From Thermoplasmata archaeon (GTDB lineage: Archaea; Thermoplasmatota; Thermoplasmata; UBA10834; DTMW01), in contig JAWCKK010000005.1 in NCBI GenBank assembly GCA_038852105.1, positions 1,899 to 65,898 of the forward strand: 64,000 nt of DNA. Reading direction: 5' to 3'. Shown piece after piece: positions 18,623 to 29,368 of this stretch (within the stretch, counting starts at the first letter, position 1; each line of letters opens with the position of its first letter). Below the pieces are notes generated by a model. It worked only from the letters and a program-made list of their open reading frames with translations, did no database searches and was not told the origin of the DNA. A program made the translations under genes and the position numbers.

Positions 18623-19636
18623 GAGCCGCCCAGATACCTATTGACCAAGAAAATAGAATGCAGATTTGATGCATCGGATGCGTCTGAGAAGCTCTGGGAG
18701 CTGCACAACGACAGGTGCTCAGGCATTGGAACAGCTGACCATGCCCGAAAGAATACGAGCCTCCTCGACTTGAAGGTCGAACTTGCGGAGAGAGTACTGA
18801 GCGATTGCATCTTTTGCGAAAGACGGTGCGGCGCGAATCGAGCCAAAGGAGAGAAGGGGGCGTGCGGAGTCCTCGAATCACGTGTATCTAGCGAATTCAT
18901 ACATATGGGCGAAGAGCCGGAGATTATCCCTTCATACACTATCTTCTTCTCGGGCTGCACCTTCAAATGCGTTTTCTGCCAGAACTGGGACATAAGCACC
19001 AATCCCGACGGAGGCAGAATGATCCCGCCGGAGAAGCTTGCAAGAATGATAGAGGGCAGGGACGCCTCGCTCGGATGCGAGAGCGACAGGCTCAAGAGCA
19101 TCGCTATGCCCGCGTTCCTAACGAGAGCCAATTATGCAAAGAACGTAAACTGGGTAGGCGGCGATCCGACCTCTAACATACCGTTCGTTCTGAAGACTCT
19201 GCAATCGTGCAATAGCAGGTTGCCCCAGGTATGGAACTCGAACATGTATCTGACGGAAGAATCGATGAGGCTCCTAGATGGCGTGATCGATCTCTATCTC
19301 ACGGATTTCAAGTACGGCAACGACGGGTGCGCGAAAAGGCTCTCCGGGATAGACAATTACTTCGATATCGTCTCGAGGAACCATTTACTGGCAGCAAGGC
19401 AATGCGATGTGCTCGTTCGACACTTGGTCATGCCGAATCATATCGATTGCTGCACGAAACCGGTGCTCGAATGGGTTGCGGAAAACATGCCGGACGCGGT
19501 GGTGAACGTAATGGCACAGTACAGGCCGGAACACAGGGCGTATGAATTTGATGACATTTCGAGACCGATTTCTCCCAGAGAATATGCCGTTGCCATCAAA
19601 ATCGCAGAGAATCTGGGGCTGAATCTGACATCCTGA
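18566..19636 (+). CDS. Radical SAM protein (PflX-like, activase family)
   Basis: CxxxCxxC radical-SAM motif (GCTFKCVFCQNW) and an upstream Cys cluster (CIFCERRCG). The start is uncertain. Confidence 0.7.
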   Translation: MKARRDERLGRYERIAAGHEPPRYLLTKKIECRFDASDASEKLWELHNDRCSGIGTADHARKNTSLLDLKVELAERVLSDCIFCERRCGANRAKGEKGACGVLESRVSSEFIHMGEEPEIIPSYTIFFSGCTFKCVFCQNWDISTNPDGGRMIPPEKLARMIEGRDASLGCESDRLKSIAMPAFLTRANYAKNVNWVGGDPTSNIPFVLKTLQSCNSRLPQVWNSNMYLTEESMRLLDGVIDLYLTDFKYGNDGCAKRLSGIDNYFDIVSRNHLLAARQCDVLVRHLVMPNHIDCCTKPVLEWVAENMPDAVVNVMAQYRPEHRAYEFDDISRPISPREYAVAIKIAENLGLNLTS

Positions 19637-19642
19637 GATGTC

Positions 19643-20785
19643 TCATAAGAATACGATTTCTCTCGCCGCCCTCGTAATTACCTCGGCGCGGTCTTTCCTC
19701 ACGATCACATCATCCTCTATGCGCACTCCACCTCTTCCGGGCAGATAAATCCCGGGCTCGACCGTGATGACCATGTTTTCTCGCAGAACATCCTTGGAGC
19801 CCTTGGATATACGACCGGGGTCGTGAGTCGAAATTCCGAGGCCATGCCCGGTCGAATGTATGAACTGCTTCCCGTAGCCCGCGTCCTCAATCACTTTCCT
19901 GGCTGCCGAATCTATCGTCTTCGCCTTGATGTCCGCCCGGATCATCCGTATTGCCGCGGATTGCGCCTCGAGGACAATGTCAAATACCTCCTCCATCTTG
20001 CGGTCGATAGGCTTTGTGAAATACGTCCGCGTGATGTCCGAACCGTAATTCCTATATCTAGCTCCGAAATCGAACAGCGCGACCGAGCCTCTGCCCAATT
20101 TCCGGGCTCCTGGCTGATAATGAGGTATCGATGATGACTTGCCGAATGCGACTATCGAGCTGAAAGCTACATCGTCCGCACCGGTCGATTTCAAGAGATA
20201 ATCGACCTCCGCTGCAGCCTGTCGCTCAGTCATTCCGACTTTCACGACATCAGGAATCGAATCAGCAACTTTCGAAGCGATCGCGGCGGCCTTCTTGATC
20301 CTCGACAGCTCGATTTCATCTTTTACCATCCTGCATTTCTTCAGCTGCTTTGAGATATCTCTGAGTTTGACGCCTTTCGAATGCTTTCGTATCAATTTGA
20401 CTGCGGACAGTGTCATTCTATCAGGGGAAATACCCAAGACTGATATTCCTTTGAGCAGGTCGGCAAATTTCGATTCGAACTCCTTTTGCGAACCATAAAT
20501 GATGACGCGTGCACCTGTCCTCTTAGCAATTTGCTGTTCGAGCAGCGATGTCAGTATCGTGACGCCTCTTCTAGTTACGAGGGCGCAATCCCCTTCGAAT
20601 GCGCCTCCATGCGCATCGGTCAGATATCGGAAATTATCATCGTAATACGGTTCGTGAGAGTTGCATACCAGAACCGCATCGATCGAGTCGTCGAGAAGTG
20701 AAAACAGTCGAGCCGCTCGATTGCGCGAAACGGATTTTGCCATGGAGCGATGATTGATATCTCCATAGTTTAACTTTTTGAGCAA
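19643..20785 (-). CDS. pepQ: Xaa-Pro aminopeptidase / M24 family metallopeptidase
   Basis: Creatinase-like N-domain plus an M24 core with the metal ligands (ALFDFGARYRNYGSDITRTY, HSTGHGLGISTHD, ITVEPGIY). Confidence 0.85.
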   Translation of the reverse strand: MLKKLNYGDINHRSMAKSVSRNRAARLFSLLDDSIDAVLVCNSHEPYYDDNFRYLTDAHGGAFEGDCALVTRRGVTILTSLLEQQIAKRTGARVIIYGSQKEFESKFADLLKGISVLGISPDRMTLSAVKLIRKHSKGVKLRDISKQLKKCRMVKDEIELSRIKKAAAIASKVADSIPDVVKVGMTERQAAAEVDYLLKSTGADDVAFSSIVAFGKSSSIPHYQPGARKLGRGSVALFDFGARYRNYGSDITRTYFTKPIDRKMEEVFDIVLEAQSAAIRMIRADIKAKTIDSAARKVIEDAGYGKQFIHSTGHGLGISTHDPGRISKGSKDVLRENMVITVEPGIYLPGRGGVRIEDDVIVRKDRAEVITRAAREIVFL

Positions 20786-21583
20786 TCAGACTCCTACCCA
20801 AATCCGGGATATATACGACCGCAGGGCAGAAACCGCGGAAAGAGATGCAAGATAGCTCGTCCTCGGATTATCAGGGGATGGCAAATTCCTTGTCACGGCC
20901 TCGAATTCTCCGAATGCTCCCCGGGCAAATAGTCTGTGCGAGTTGACCGTCGATTTCGGATCGCAGACTATCTCGACTTGGGTTCGCTCGAAGCCAATCC
21001 CCGCCAGGCTCACCGTCGCAGCCACATTGACATTCGCGGGGAAGTATTGGACCGCCTGGCTTGCGGGACCAGAATAAAGTGTCGTTCTCTCCCGCAGCTT
21101 ATCGACGTCTATCCCCTTCTCGATGAGGTATTTGACGCCCGACAGTCCCTTAGGAGGTTTCGATGTCGTCAATCGCACCTCATCAAGACGCGCCTTTGAC
21201 GCGCTCCTGAGCGCATCCACTCCCGCGATTGCCCCAGAGGGTATAATCACGCTTGCACCGTGTCTGAGCACTGCATTGAAGCATCTCTTCTGGAATTCCC
21301 TGTCCGCGAATGCCCCTACACTCATAATCATCGAATCCTTGCCGACTTCGAGCGCCGACGGTATGAACTGCTTGGCGGCCTGTTGTCCAGCTGCCTCGAT
21401 GACAAAATCCGCGTCGAAATCTACCTCCGATATCAACTCGCCCTTGGATGTCGCGGCCTTTAGATGATTCGCCCTCTCTCGATCGATATCGAAAAGCATT
21501 ATCTTCTGCACCTCGTCCATTTGATCGGCGGCTCTCGCTATGACAGTCCCTATTGAGCCGCAACCGATCACCAACAGCCTCAA
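20786..21583 (-). CDS. nadX: L-aspartate dehydrogenase (NadX-like, DUF108 family)
   Basis: N-terminal NAD-binding MRLLVIGCGSIGT, 265 aa, and the architecture typical of the AspDH family. Confidence 0.65.
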   Translation of the reverse strand: MRLLVIGCGSIGTVIARAADQMDEVQKIMLFDIDRERANHLKAATSKGELISEVDFDADFVIEAAGQQAAKQFIPSALEVGKDSMIMSVGAFADREFQKRCFNAVLRHGASVIIPSGAIAGVDALRSASKARLDEVRLTTSKPPKGLSGVKYLIEKGIDVDKLRERTTLYSGPASQAVQYFPANVNVAATVSLAGIGFERTQVEIVCDPKSTVNSHRLFARGAFGEFEAVTRNLPSPDNPRTSYLASLSAVSALRSYISRIWVGV

Positions 21584-21701
21584 ATCTCCGCACCTGATGC
21601 GCGATGGCCTTCCGGTCTATTTTCAATTTTCGGATTTTGAACGTTCGCGATAATATCATGATGTCGAAGTACAAATATCATCGTTCTCATAGCGGTCGGC
21701 G

Positions 21702-22400
21702 ATGAAGCCGAGAGAACGTTCTGAGCTCGTCAGACACAGGTTAGAGGATATCTTCGGAAGGCATGAGAACGATTTCCCGAATGACCCCCTGTGCTCATTG
21801 GTGGAGACAATCCTCTCTCAAAACACTACGGATATTACATCTGAACGCGCCTGGGTAGCACTGCGTAAGCGATATCCGACGATGAACGAGCTGAAGAATG
21901 CGGACATAAACGAACTCGCGGAAACCATCAGGGTCGGAGGGCTCGCGCGGCTCAAAGCTGAGAGAATACTCAATGCGCTCAGGGAGATAGAAAGACTTAC
22001 GGGAGAATTATCCCTAGATTTCCTAGCAGATATGACTGAGGAAGAGGCGGACAATTGGCTTAGCCAGTTGAAAGGCGTCGGTCCTAAGACAAGGGCGATC
22101 GTTCTATTGTTCGCGCTGAAGAAGAAGGCTTTCCCAGTGGATACGCACATATTGCGAGTCACGAAAAGGCTCGGCCTGATAGGACCGACTACAGGAAGGC
22201 TTGAGGCTCAGAAAATCATGGCTCGACTCGCGCGTCCTCGGGATTATTTTAGCTACCATATCAACCTGATAGAGCACGGCAGGCGTACATGCTCGGCCTT
22301 GAGACCGAGGTGCAACGCGTGTCCGCTCTATGATATCTGTCTCTGGTCGGAGAAGGACAGATATGGCGGAAGAACGATGAGCAGAAGGAAGAAGAGATGA
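21702..22400 (+). CDS. nth: Endonuclease III (HhH-GPD DNA glycosylase/AP lyase, Nth)
   Basis: HhH-GPD motif (LKGVGPKTRAIVLLFAL ... VDTHILRV) and the C-terminal [4Fe-4S] ligands C-x6-C-x2-C-x5-C (CSALRPRCNACPLYDIC). Confidence 0.85.
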   Translation: MKPRERSELVRHRLEDIFGRHENDFPNDPLCSLVETILSQNTTDITSERAWVALRKRYPTMNELKNADINELAETIRVGGLARLKAERILNALREIERLTGELSLDFLADMTEEEADNWLSQLKGVGPKTRAIVLLFALKKKAFPVDTHILRVTKRLGLIGPTTGRLEAQKIMARLARPRDYFSYHINLIEHGRRTCSALRPRCNACPLYDICLWSEKDRYGGRTMSRRKKR

Positions 22401-22813
22401 GCGATAGACGATACGAAACCGTCAATCACACAGCAGATGTGATGATCAAAGCATACGGCAATGACTTGGAAACAAGCTTCGCGAACGCCGCGTACGGCAT
22501 GTTCGACCAGCTCGCGGATCTATCGAGAGTCGAACCCCGGGAGAAATTCCGAATAGAAATCGAAGGCAGGGACAGGGAACAGCTTCTGGTCGATTTCCTG
22601 AGCGAGCTGCTGTACCTCTTTGACACGGAGCTTGTCTTGCTAAAGGAATTCGACCTGAAATATGACGGAGAGGTGCTCAGAGCCGAGGCAAGAGGGGAGC
22701 GGATTGACAAGAAAAAGCACAGGATGAAGCAGGCGCTTAAGGCGGTCTCGTACCACGCCATCGATGTCCAGCCGGAAAAGAAAGGATACATCCAGGTCCT
22801 GTTCGATGCCTAG
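22397..22813 (+). CDS. Archease (RtcB ligase cofactor)
   Basis: HTADVMIKAYG signature near the N-terminus, 138 aa, with a 4-nt overlap on nth. Confidence 0.85.
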   Translation: MSDRRYETVNHTADVMIKAYGNDLETSFANAAYGMFDQLADLSRVEPREKFRIEIEGRDREQLLVDFLSELLYLFDTELVLLKEFDLKYDGEVLRAEARGERIDKKKHRMKQALKAVSYHAIDVQPEKKGYIQVLFDA

Positions 22814-23619
22814 TGCCTGTTCCCCTGCTTCCGTCTGCAGCGCTGGCGATCGATTGCTTGATCCATCGATATTTCGCCGACGGCCACTGCCTCTGCTAGC
22901 GCTCGGGAGATGGTCAGGTCGCCCCCGCTGCTTATCCGACTCTTCCGCTGGATATCTGCTATCTCTCCCTCCGATGGCATGACAAGCTGTCGCTTCACCG
23001 GCCGATATCCTGATGTGAGGGCAATCTCGATAGCCGCATCGATGTCCTTTTGATTGCTCAACTTCGTCGTGTTGCTCTCATCGACTATCTCGATCGGCAA
23101 TCCCATATCCCATATCGAATTGAATATCCTATTCCTCTTCGTCCGATCGCCATTTCCGATTCTCACGAGGATAGATTCCGAGGGATACAGCGCGGAGAAC
23201 TCCTGAATGATAGGTGCGACATCCTCGGGCCTATCTATTACGGCGGAATCAACAAATGAGTCGTCGATCAGGACCGCGACTCCTGTCTTGCTTCCTGGAT
23301 CTATCCCTATCGTCAAATTCCTTATCTTGTTCCCGGAGCGAAGCGCTGCTTTCGCCTCTCTCGCCACGGTTTCAGGTTTCTTGCCTTCGCAGATGATGAG
23401 CTTTCGCGAGAACTTCGTAGGTTTGTCTGATTCCGTCGTGACCATGACGGATATATTCTGCGGGATCCGATCCTTTCTATCGATTATTTCGAACGGGACG
23501 CGATCAGCCTTGAGAGCTTCGATTATTTCGAACATCAGCCTGGCGTCAGATATCAATATCCCGATTTTCCTCATCTCATCGATACGAAAAAGGCTCCAGT
23601 TCAAGATATTCTTTTCCAA
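22810..23619 (-). CDS. Predicted RNase H-fold nuclease (RuvC/YqgF-like) with an N-terminal extra domain
   Basis: IGIDPGSKTGVAVLIDD resembles the first catalytic strand of RuvC/YqgF-type RNase H-fold nucleases. There are downstream acidic residues and a basic C-tail. Confidence 0.4.
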   Translation of the reverse strand: MEKNILNWSLFRIDEMRKIGILISDARLMFEIIEALKADRVPFEIIDRKDRIPQNISVMVTTESDKPTKFSRKLIICEGKKPETVAREAKAALRSGNKIRNLTIGIDPGSKTGVAVLIDDSFVDSAVIDRPEDVAPIIQEFSALYPSESILVRIGNGDRTKRNRIFNSIWDMGLPIEIVDESNTTKLSNQKDIDAAIEIALTSGYRPVKRQLVMPSEGEIADIQRKSRISSGGDLTISRALAEAVAVGEISMDQAIDRQRCRRKQGNRH

Positions 23620-23643
23620 TCACACGATGTCTGGCGTAGTGCA

Positions 23644-24792
23644 CTATCGCAAACCTTCTGGGGGCCGAGGCCTATCGGCATAATCTCCCAGGGATTCGTC
23701 CAGTTGCTTCAGCAGATTCTTCTGCTCCCTCGTGAGCCTCTTGGGAATCGAGACGACGACCTTCGCCAGAATGTCGCCTCTGCCTCGGCCAGCCACATCG
23801 GGCATGCCCCGCCCGCGCAACCGAAAAATAGTTCCAGACTGAGTGCCAGGAGGTATAGTCAGCATCGCGTTCCCGTCCATTGTGGGTATTTTGACCTCGT
23901 CTCCGAGCGCCGCCTGGGAGATGGTCACAGGCACCTCGATGAGCAAATCGTTCCCGTCCCTCAGGAACTGATGATGGGGAGCAACATGCACGATGACATA
24001 CAGGTCTCCAGGAGGCCCCCCTTCTGGCCCGGGCTCTCCGGCACCTCTGACCCGAAGCCGCATGCCCGTATCGGCTCCTTTCGGAATAGAGATGACTATC
24101 CTGCTCGTCTCCTGTCTCTGACCAGTACCGCCGCAACTCCTGCAAGGATTTGTGTTCTTCCTGCCCGACCCCCTGCATTTCGGACACGTCGTCACGGTGA
24201 CATACTGGGCGAAGCCTCTTGTCTGGCTACGCCTTATTTGGCCGGACCCTCCGCAAGCATCGCAATTCTCGAGCTTCCCATCCGCAGAGCCGCTCCCCCG
24301 GCAATCGCGACAGGCCACCATGTGCGGCACCATTATCTCCTTCTCGGCACCGCGGTACGCGTCCTCGAGCGATATTTCCAGATCGTATCTCAGGGACTCT
24401 CCTTGAACCGGTCCTCGTCTGGTACGTCTGGAAGAACTGCCGAAGAACTGGTCGAATATGCTGCCGCCCAGGCCGAAGTCGGCGAACCCTCCGAATATGT
24501 CCTCCAGATCGGAGAAGTGCGTGAAATCCGTCCATTGGAACCCGCCTTCCCTGAACGTGGATTGAACGCCGGCCATCCCGTAGGTGTCGTACAACTTCCG
24601 TTTCTCGTCGTCGACCAGGACCTCGTATGCCTCCGAAAGCTCCTTGAATTTCTCCTCGGCCACCTTCCGGTCGAGCTTGGAAACGTCTGGATGATATTCC
24701 CTGGCAAGCCTGCGGTATGCCTTCTTGATATCGTCCTTGGTCGCGTTTCTCGATACGCCCAGGACTTCGTAGTAATCGCGCTTCTCGGGCAT
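23644..24792 (-). CDS. dnaJ: Chaperone DnaJ (Hsp40)
   Basis: J-domain with HPD (YHPDVSK), a G/F region and four CxxCxGxG zinc-finger repeats, 382 aa. Confidence 0.9.
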   Translation of the reverse strand: MPEKRDYYEVLGVSRNATKDDIKKAYRRLAREYHPDVSKLDRKVAEEKFKELSEAYEVLVDDEKRKLYDTYGMAGVQSTFREGGFQWTDFTHFSDLEDIFGGFADFGLGGSIFDQFFGSSSRRTRRGPVQGESLRYDLEISLEDAYRGAEKEIMVPHMVACRDCRGSGSADGKLENCDACGGSGQIRRSQTRGFAQYVTVTTCPKCRGSGRKNTNPCRSCGGTGQRQETSRIVISIPKGADTGMRLRVRGAGEPGPEGGPPGDLYVIVHVAPHHQFLRDGNDLLIEVPVTISQAALGDEVKIPTMDGNAMLTIPPGTQSGTIFRLRGRGMPDVAGRGRGDILAKVVVSIPKRLTREQKNLLKQLDESLGDYADRPRPPEGLR

Positions 24793-24860
24793 CTCAAAGC
24801 CCCTGTGCAGCCGGGAACATCCGAGTCGGGAGTGCCCTTTGCTGAGATTTCAATGTTTGC

Positions 24861-26759
24861 CTAGTCAACTATCCTGTAATTAGCGTCCACGACTCCGCCG
24901 TCTCCGGAGCCTCCGCCACCGCTATCCGCGCTGCCTCCAGGGGGCGGCGTGCCAGGACCGCTGGGGCCTGCGGCCGTCGGTCCTGCCTGGCCGTACGCCT
25001 TCTTCGCGGCCTCGTTAAGGAGGGATAGCAGTTCCTGCATGACTTCCTTCGTCTTCACGAGATCCTCGGTCGCAAGCACCTCGCGCAGCTGCTTCGCCTT
25101 GTCGAGTATCTTGTTCTTCAGCTCATCCCCGATTTTCGCCGCGAGCTCCTCGGCCGTCTTCTCCGCCTGGTACGAGAGAGACTCCGCCTGGTTCTTCAGC
25201 TCGGCAGCATCACGTCGCTTCTTGTCCTGCTCAGCGAATTCCTGAGCCTGCTTGATTGCCTTGTCAATCTCTTCCTTAGAGAGCTTCGTAGCAGCGGTTA
25301 TCACAATGGACTGCTGCTTTCCCGTGGCGAGGTCTTTCGCGGTCACGTTGAGTATGCCGTTCGCGTCTATGTCGAATGTGACCTCGATTTGCGGTATGCC
25401 GCGCGGCGCCGGCGGTATTCCGACAAGGTGGAACCTGCCTAGGGAGGTGTTGTCAGCTGCCATCGGTCTCTCTCCCTGGAGGACGTGAATCTCTACCCCG
25501 GTCTGATTGTCGGCCGCCGTGGTGAATATCTCCGATTTCCTGGTCGGGATTGTCGTGTTCCTATCGATCAGTTTTGTGAATACTCCGCCGAGGGTTTCGA
25601 CACCGAGGGTGAGAGGGGTCACATCCAGCAACAGGATGTCCTTCATCTCACCGGCAATCACGGCGCCCTGAATCGCTGCTCCTATTGCGACGCATTCCAT
25701 CGGGTCGACGCCTCGGACAATCTTGTTCCCGAGATGCTTCTCGACGAACTTCTGCACGATCGGCATCCTGGTCGGTCCGCCGACGAGTATAATCTTATCG
25801 ATGTCGCTTGCAGAAAGCTTCGCGTCACGGAGCGCGTTGTCAATCGATATCTTGCACTTCTCGACTATCGGCCCCACTAGCTCTTCGAGCTTGGCCCTCG
25901 TCAGCTTCATCGTCAGATGCTTCGGGCCGTTCTGGTCCGCCGTGATATACGGCAGGTTTATCTCGGTCTCGATTGTCGACGAAAGCTCGACCTTCGCCTT
26001 TTCCGCTGCCTCTCTTATTCGCTGCATTGCCATCTTGTCTTTCGTCAGGTCAAACCCTTGCTCGGCCTTGAACTGCTTCACTATGTGATCGATTATCGCG
26101 TTGTCCATGTCGGTCCCGCCGAGCTGCGTGTCGCCGCTCGTCGAGATCACTTCGAAGACGCCTTCGCCAAACTCCATTATGGTGACATCCAAGGTCCCGC
26201 CGCCGAAGTCGAACACGAGAATCTTCTGCTCCTTTTCCGATTTGTCAATCCCGTATGCCAGCGCTGCGGCGGTCGGCTCATTGATGATCCTGACGACCTC
26301 CAGGCCGGCGATTGTTCCGGCGTCCTTTGTTGCCTGTCTCTGATTGTCGTTGAAATACGCGGGGACGGTTATGACGGCCTTCTCTATCTTCGTCCCGAGA
26401 TAGGCTTCGGAATCCCTCTTTATCTTTTGGAGAATCATCGCCGAAATCTGTTGCGGGGTGTACTCCTTACCCCTGATATTCACCTTGTAATCAGTGCCCA
26501 TCTTCCTTTTGATTGCCATTACCGTTCCTTCCGGGTTGGATACGGCCTGTCTTCTGGCAGGCTCTCCCACGAGCACCTGGCCGTCTTTCGTGAACGCGAC
26601 ATACGATGGGAAAGCCTTTCCACCCAGCGTGGTCCCCTCCGCGCTCGGGATTATGACGGGCTTTCCGTTTTCTACAACGGCGGCCGCAGAGTTGCTCGTC
26701 CCCAAATCGATACCAATAATCTTCGCCATGATTTTCACACTCCTATTCATCCGTGTCAA
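24861..26759 (-). CDS. dnaK: Chaperone DnaK (Hsp70)
   Basis: [25 protein letters not shown], the EKAKVELSS linker and a GGxP-rich C-tail, 632 aa. Confidence 0.95.
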   Translation of the reverse strand: MTRMNRSVKIMAKIIGIDLGTSNSAAAVVENGKPVIIPSAEGTTLGGKAFPSYVAFTKDGQVLVGEPARRQAVSNPEGTVMAIKRKMGTDYKVNIRGKEYTPQQISAMILQKIKRDSEAYLGTKIEKAVITVPAYFNDNQRQATKDAGTIAGLEVVRIINEPTAAALAYGIDKSEKEQKILVFDFGGGTLDVTIMEFGEGVFEVISTSGDTQLGGTDMDNAIIDHIVKQFKAEQGFDLTKDKMAMQRIREAAEKAKVELSSTIETEINLPYITADQNGPKHLTMKLTRAKLEELVGPIVEKCKISIDNALRDAKLSASDIDKIILVGGPTRMPIVQKFVEKHLGNKIVRGVDPMECVAIGAAIQGAVIAGEMKDILLLDVTPLTLGVETLGGVFTKLIDRNTTIPTRKSEIFTTAADNQTGVEIHVLQGERPMAADNTSLGRFHLVGIPPAPRGIPQIEVTFDIDANGILNVTAKDLATGKQQSIVITAATKLSKEEIDKAIKQAQEFAEQDKKRRDAAELKNQAESLSYQAEKTAEELAAKIGDELKNKILDKAKQLREVLATEDLVKTKEVMQELLSLLNEAAKKAYGQAGPTAAGPSGPGTPPPGGSADSGGGGSGDGGVVDANYRIVD

Positions 26760-27366
26760 TATACCCTTGATCGTTCAAATTGAGCTTCTGAGTATCCTTG
26801 ATGGTAGGTGCTTCCTTGCCCTCCTCCCGATGGCAAACAACCACTCGCGCAGGGCGAATCACCTTGTTCCCGATCTTGTAGCCTTTCTGGAGGCATTCTA
26901 CTATATCTCCTTCCTGTTTTCCGGGCTGGTCGACCTTCGACATCGCCTCGTGCTCGAACGGATCCAGCTTGCAGTCCGTGGTTATCTCCACGACGCCCTC
27001 CTTCTTGAGGATATCTTTCAACTGCTTGTGCATCATCTCGAGCGCGTCCGCAAGAGGTTTCTCGTCTGGCCCTTTCGAGTTCGCGATTGCTCTCTCGAAA
27101 TCGTCCAATAGGCCCAGGAGCTCCCTGATTATCCTCTCGGTTGCCAGGGCGCAATATTCCTCCCTTTCTTTTGCCATCCTTTTCTTGTAGTTATCGAAAT
27201 CCGCCTGGAGCCTCTTCAGCCTGTCAAGATATTCCTCGTTCTTCTTTTCGAGGTCGGAAATCCTCTTCTCGTAATCAGATTCCGAGCCTTCGGACTCGGT
27301 GCGAGGCTGGGCAGACGCCGAATCGGTCCTTCCCCCAGAATCACCTTCTTCCATCTCGCGCTTCAT
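26743..27366 (-). CDS. grpE: Nucleotide exchange factor GrpE
   Basis: Coiled-coil N-region and a GrpE C-terminal beta domain ([16 protein letters not shown]). I set the start at the internal Met (MKREMEE) to avoid a roughly 100-nt overlap with the thermosome gene. It overlaps the dnaK start by 17 nt. Confidence 0.8.
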   Translation of the reverse strand: MKREMEEGDSGGRTDSASAQPRTESEGSESDYEKRISDLEKKNEEYLDRLKRLQADFDNYKKRMAKEREEYCALATERIIRELLGLLDDFERAIANSKGPDEKPLADALEMMHKQLKDILKKEGVVEITTDCKLDPFEHEAMSKVDQPGKQEGDIVECLQKGYKIGNKVIRPARVVVCHREEGKEAPTIKDTQKLNLNDQGYIDTDE

Positions 27367-27439
27367 GTCTGCTGCCCTCCCCTTGACAGACCAATAATCA
27401 ATCTGGAAAGGGTTTGGAAGGGGTTTTGAGCCGTGAGGC

Positions 27440-29113
27440 TCAGAACTCCTCGTCCATTCCGCCGCCGGACGAACCTCCGCCTGGAGGCGTTCCGCCCTTG
27501 CCGCCCGGACCGCCAGCTCCGCCGCCCTTCGCAGCGATGACATCGTCGATCCTCAGGATCATGACCGCCGCGTCGGTCGCGGAGTTGATCGCCTGCTTGC
27601 CCACTCGTATCGGCTCGAGAACCTTCTCCTTCTCCATGTCCACGACTTTTCCGGTGAAGACGTTTATTCCAGCCCTCTTTTTGCCGTCCTTGTGGGCCTT
27701 CCTGAGCTCAATCAGCACATCGATCGGATCGAGCCCGGCGTTCTCCGCCAGTGTCGTCGGGATTATCTCCATAGCGTCCGCGAAAGCATCTATCGCAATC
27801 TGCTCCCTGCCTCCCACTGACGCTGCATATTCCCTGAGCCGCAGAGCGATTTCTGTTGCCGTCGACCCTCCGCCCGTCACCAGCATACCGTCCTCCAGGG
27901 CCAATCCGACGACGCTTATCGCATCGTCGAGCGAGCGCTCGATTTCGTCGACGACATGCTCGGTGCCGCCACGTATTAGGACGCTAACTGCCTTCGGGTT
28001 CTTGCAGCCAGTGACGAATGTCATCTGGTCTCCGCCTATCTTCTTCTCCTCGACCAGGGCCGCGCTCCCGAGGTCCGATTCCTTCAGGTCGTCGAGCTTT
28101 GTGACGATGGTCGCGCCCGTCGCCTTGCTCAGCTTCTCCATATCCGACTTCTTCACCCTGCGGACGGCGTATATGCCCTCTTTCGCCAGGTAGTGCTGGG
28201 CGAGGTCGTCGATGCCCTTCTGGCAGAACGCGACGTTCGCGCCCGACTTCTTGATGATGTCGACCATGCGCTTCAGCATCTTCTCCTCTTCCGCAAGGAA
28301 TGCCTGGAGCTGGGTCGGATCGGTTATCTCGATCTTCGCGTCTATTTCGGTCTTCTTGACCTCAAGTGCGGAATCTATCAGGGCTATCTTCGCCTTCTCG
28401 ACTTTCTTCGGCATGCCGCTGTGCACGACCTCCTTATCGACGATGATGCCCTCTATCAGCTGCGTGTCCTCCATCGAGGCGCCCTGCTTCTTTACTATCT
28501 GTATATTGTCCTGGTCGACCTCGAATTTGCCGTCCTTCTTTTCCGCGACGGCAAGAACAGCCCTGACGGCAATATCTGCCAGGTGCTCTCTCGATGCGCT
28601 CACGCTCTTGCTTATCATCGCAGTCATTGCGATGTCCTTGAGCTTGTTCTTGTCATCCGGGGTTATTTTGATAGCAATGTCTGTGAGAATCTCCTGCGCC
28701 TTCTGCGCGGCCAGCCTGAACCCGGATGCGATCACCGTCGGGTGAACGTTCTGCTCGATCAGAGCCTCTGCCTTCTTCAGGAGCTCGCCGGCCATGATGA
28801 CCGCCGTCGTCGTCCCATCTCCGCATTCCTCGTCCTGGGTCTTCGCGACCTCGACTATCATCTTCGCTGCGGGATGCTCGACATCAATCTCCTTCAATAT
28901 CGTCACGCCGTCGTTCGTTATGACGACGTCCCCCATGCTGTCAACGAGCATCTTGTCCATCCCGCGCGGACCGAGAGTGCTCCTGACGGCTTCACCTATT
29001 GCCTTCGCCGCCGTGATATTGCTGAACTGAGCGCCTCTTCCTTTCTCGCGCTTCGTTCCTTCCCTAAGTATCAAGACCGGTGTCTGTCCTATCATTTCAA
29101 ACCCTCCAAACAT
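27440..29113 (-). CDS. ths: Thermosome subunit (group II chaperonin)
   Basis: GPRGMDKML, the [11 protein letters not shown] apical region, the GGGATE-type motif ([12 protein letters not shown]) and a C-terminal GGxGG/MDEEF-like tail, 557 aa. Confidence 0.95.
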   Translation of the reverse strand: MFGGFEMIGQTPVLILREGTKREKGRGAQFSNITAAKAIGEAVRSTLGPRGMDKMLVDSMGDVVITNDGVTILKEIDVEHPAAKMIVEVAKTQDEECGDGTTTAVIMAGELLKKAEALIEQNVHPTVIASGFRLAAQKAQEILTDIAIKITPDDKNKLKDIAMTAMISKSVSASREHLADIAVRAVLAVAEKKDGKFEVDQDNIQIVKKQGASMEDTQLIEGIIVDKEVVHSGMPKKVEKAKIALIDSALEVKKTEIDAKIEITDPTQLQAFLAEEEKMLKRMVDIIKKSGANVAFCQKGIDDLAQHYLAKEGIYAVRRVKKSDMEKLSKATGATIVTKLDDLKESDLGSAALVEEKKIGGDQMTFVTGCKNPKAVSVLIRGGTEHVVDEIERSLDDAISVVGLALEDGMLVTGGGSTATEIALRLREYAASVGGREQIAIDAFADAMEIIPTTLAENAGLDPIDVLIELRKAHKDGKKRAGINVFTGKVVDMEKEKVLEPIRVGKQAINSATDAAVMILRIDDVIAAKGGGAGGPGGKGGTPPGGGSSGGGMDEEF

Positions 29114-29368
29114 TCAAATTTTTCAATCAGATTTCATTGGTTGAGTTGGCGTTATGTTAGAGCTTCTATAAATAGCTTACTATCTTTGAAATTAATCGAA
29201 ATATTGAATGGCCAGATAAGTAAGAATCGTTCGAAACATGGGCGTGATTGAACTGTCGGCAATTCCTGCAAATTTTTGTGATTGCCTCTGAAAATCCATT
29301 AATTGAATTGATGTCAGAATTTACATCTACGAGTGTCGCAATCCCGAACGCAATTAGGGAGGCTCTCC

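Noticed and set aside
26494-28193. Plus-strand ORFs (26494..27111, 27414..28193, 28193..29251) opposite dnaK, grpE and the thermosome
   Set aside because: Antisense to highly conserved chaperone genes. The sequences are proline- and serine-rich junk.
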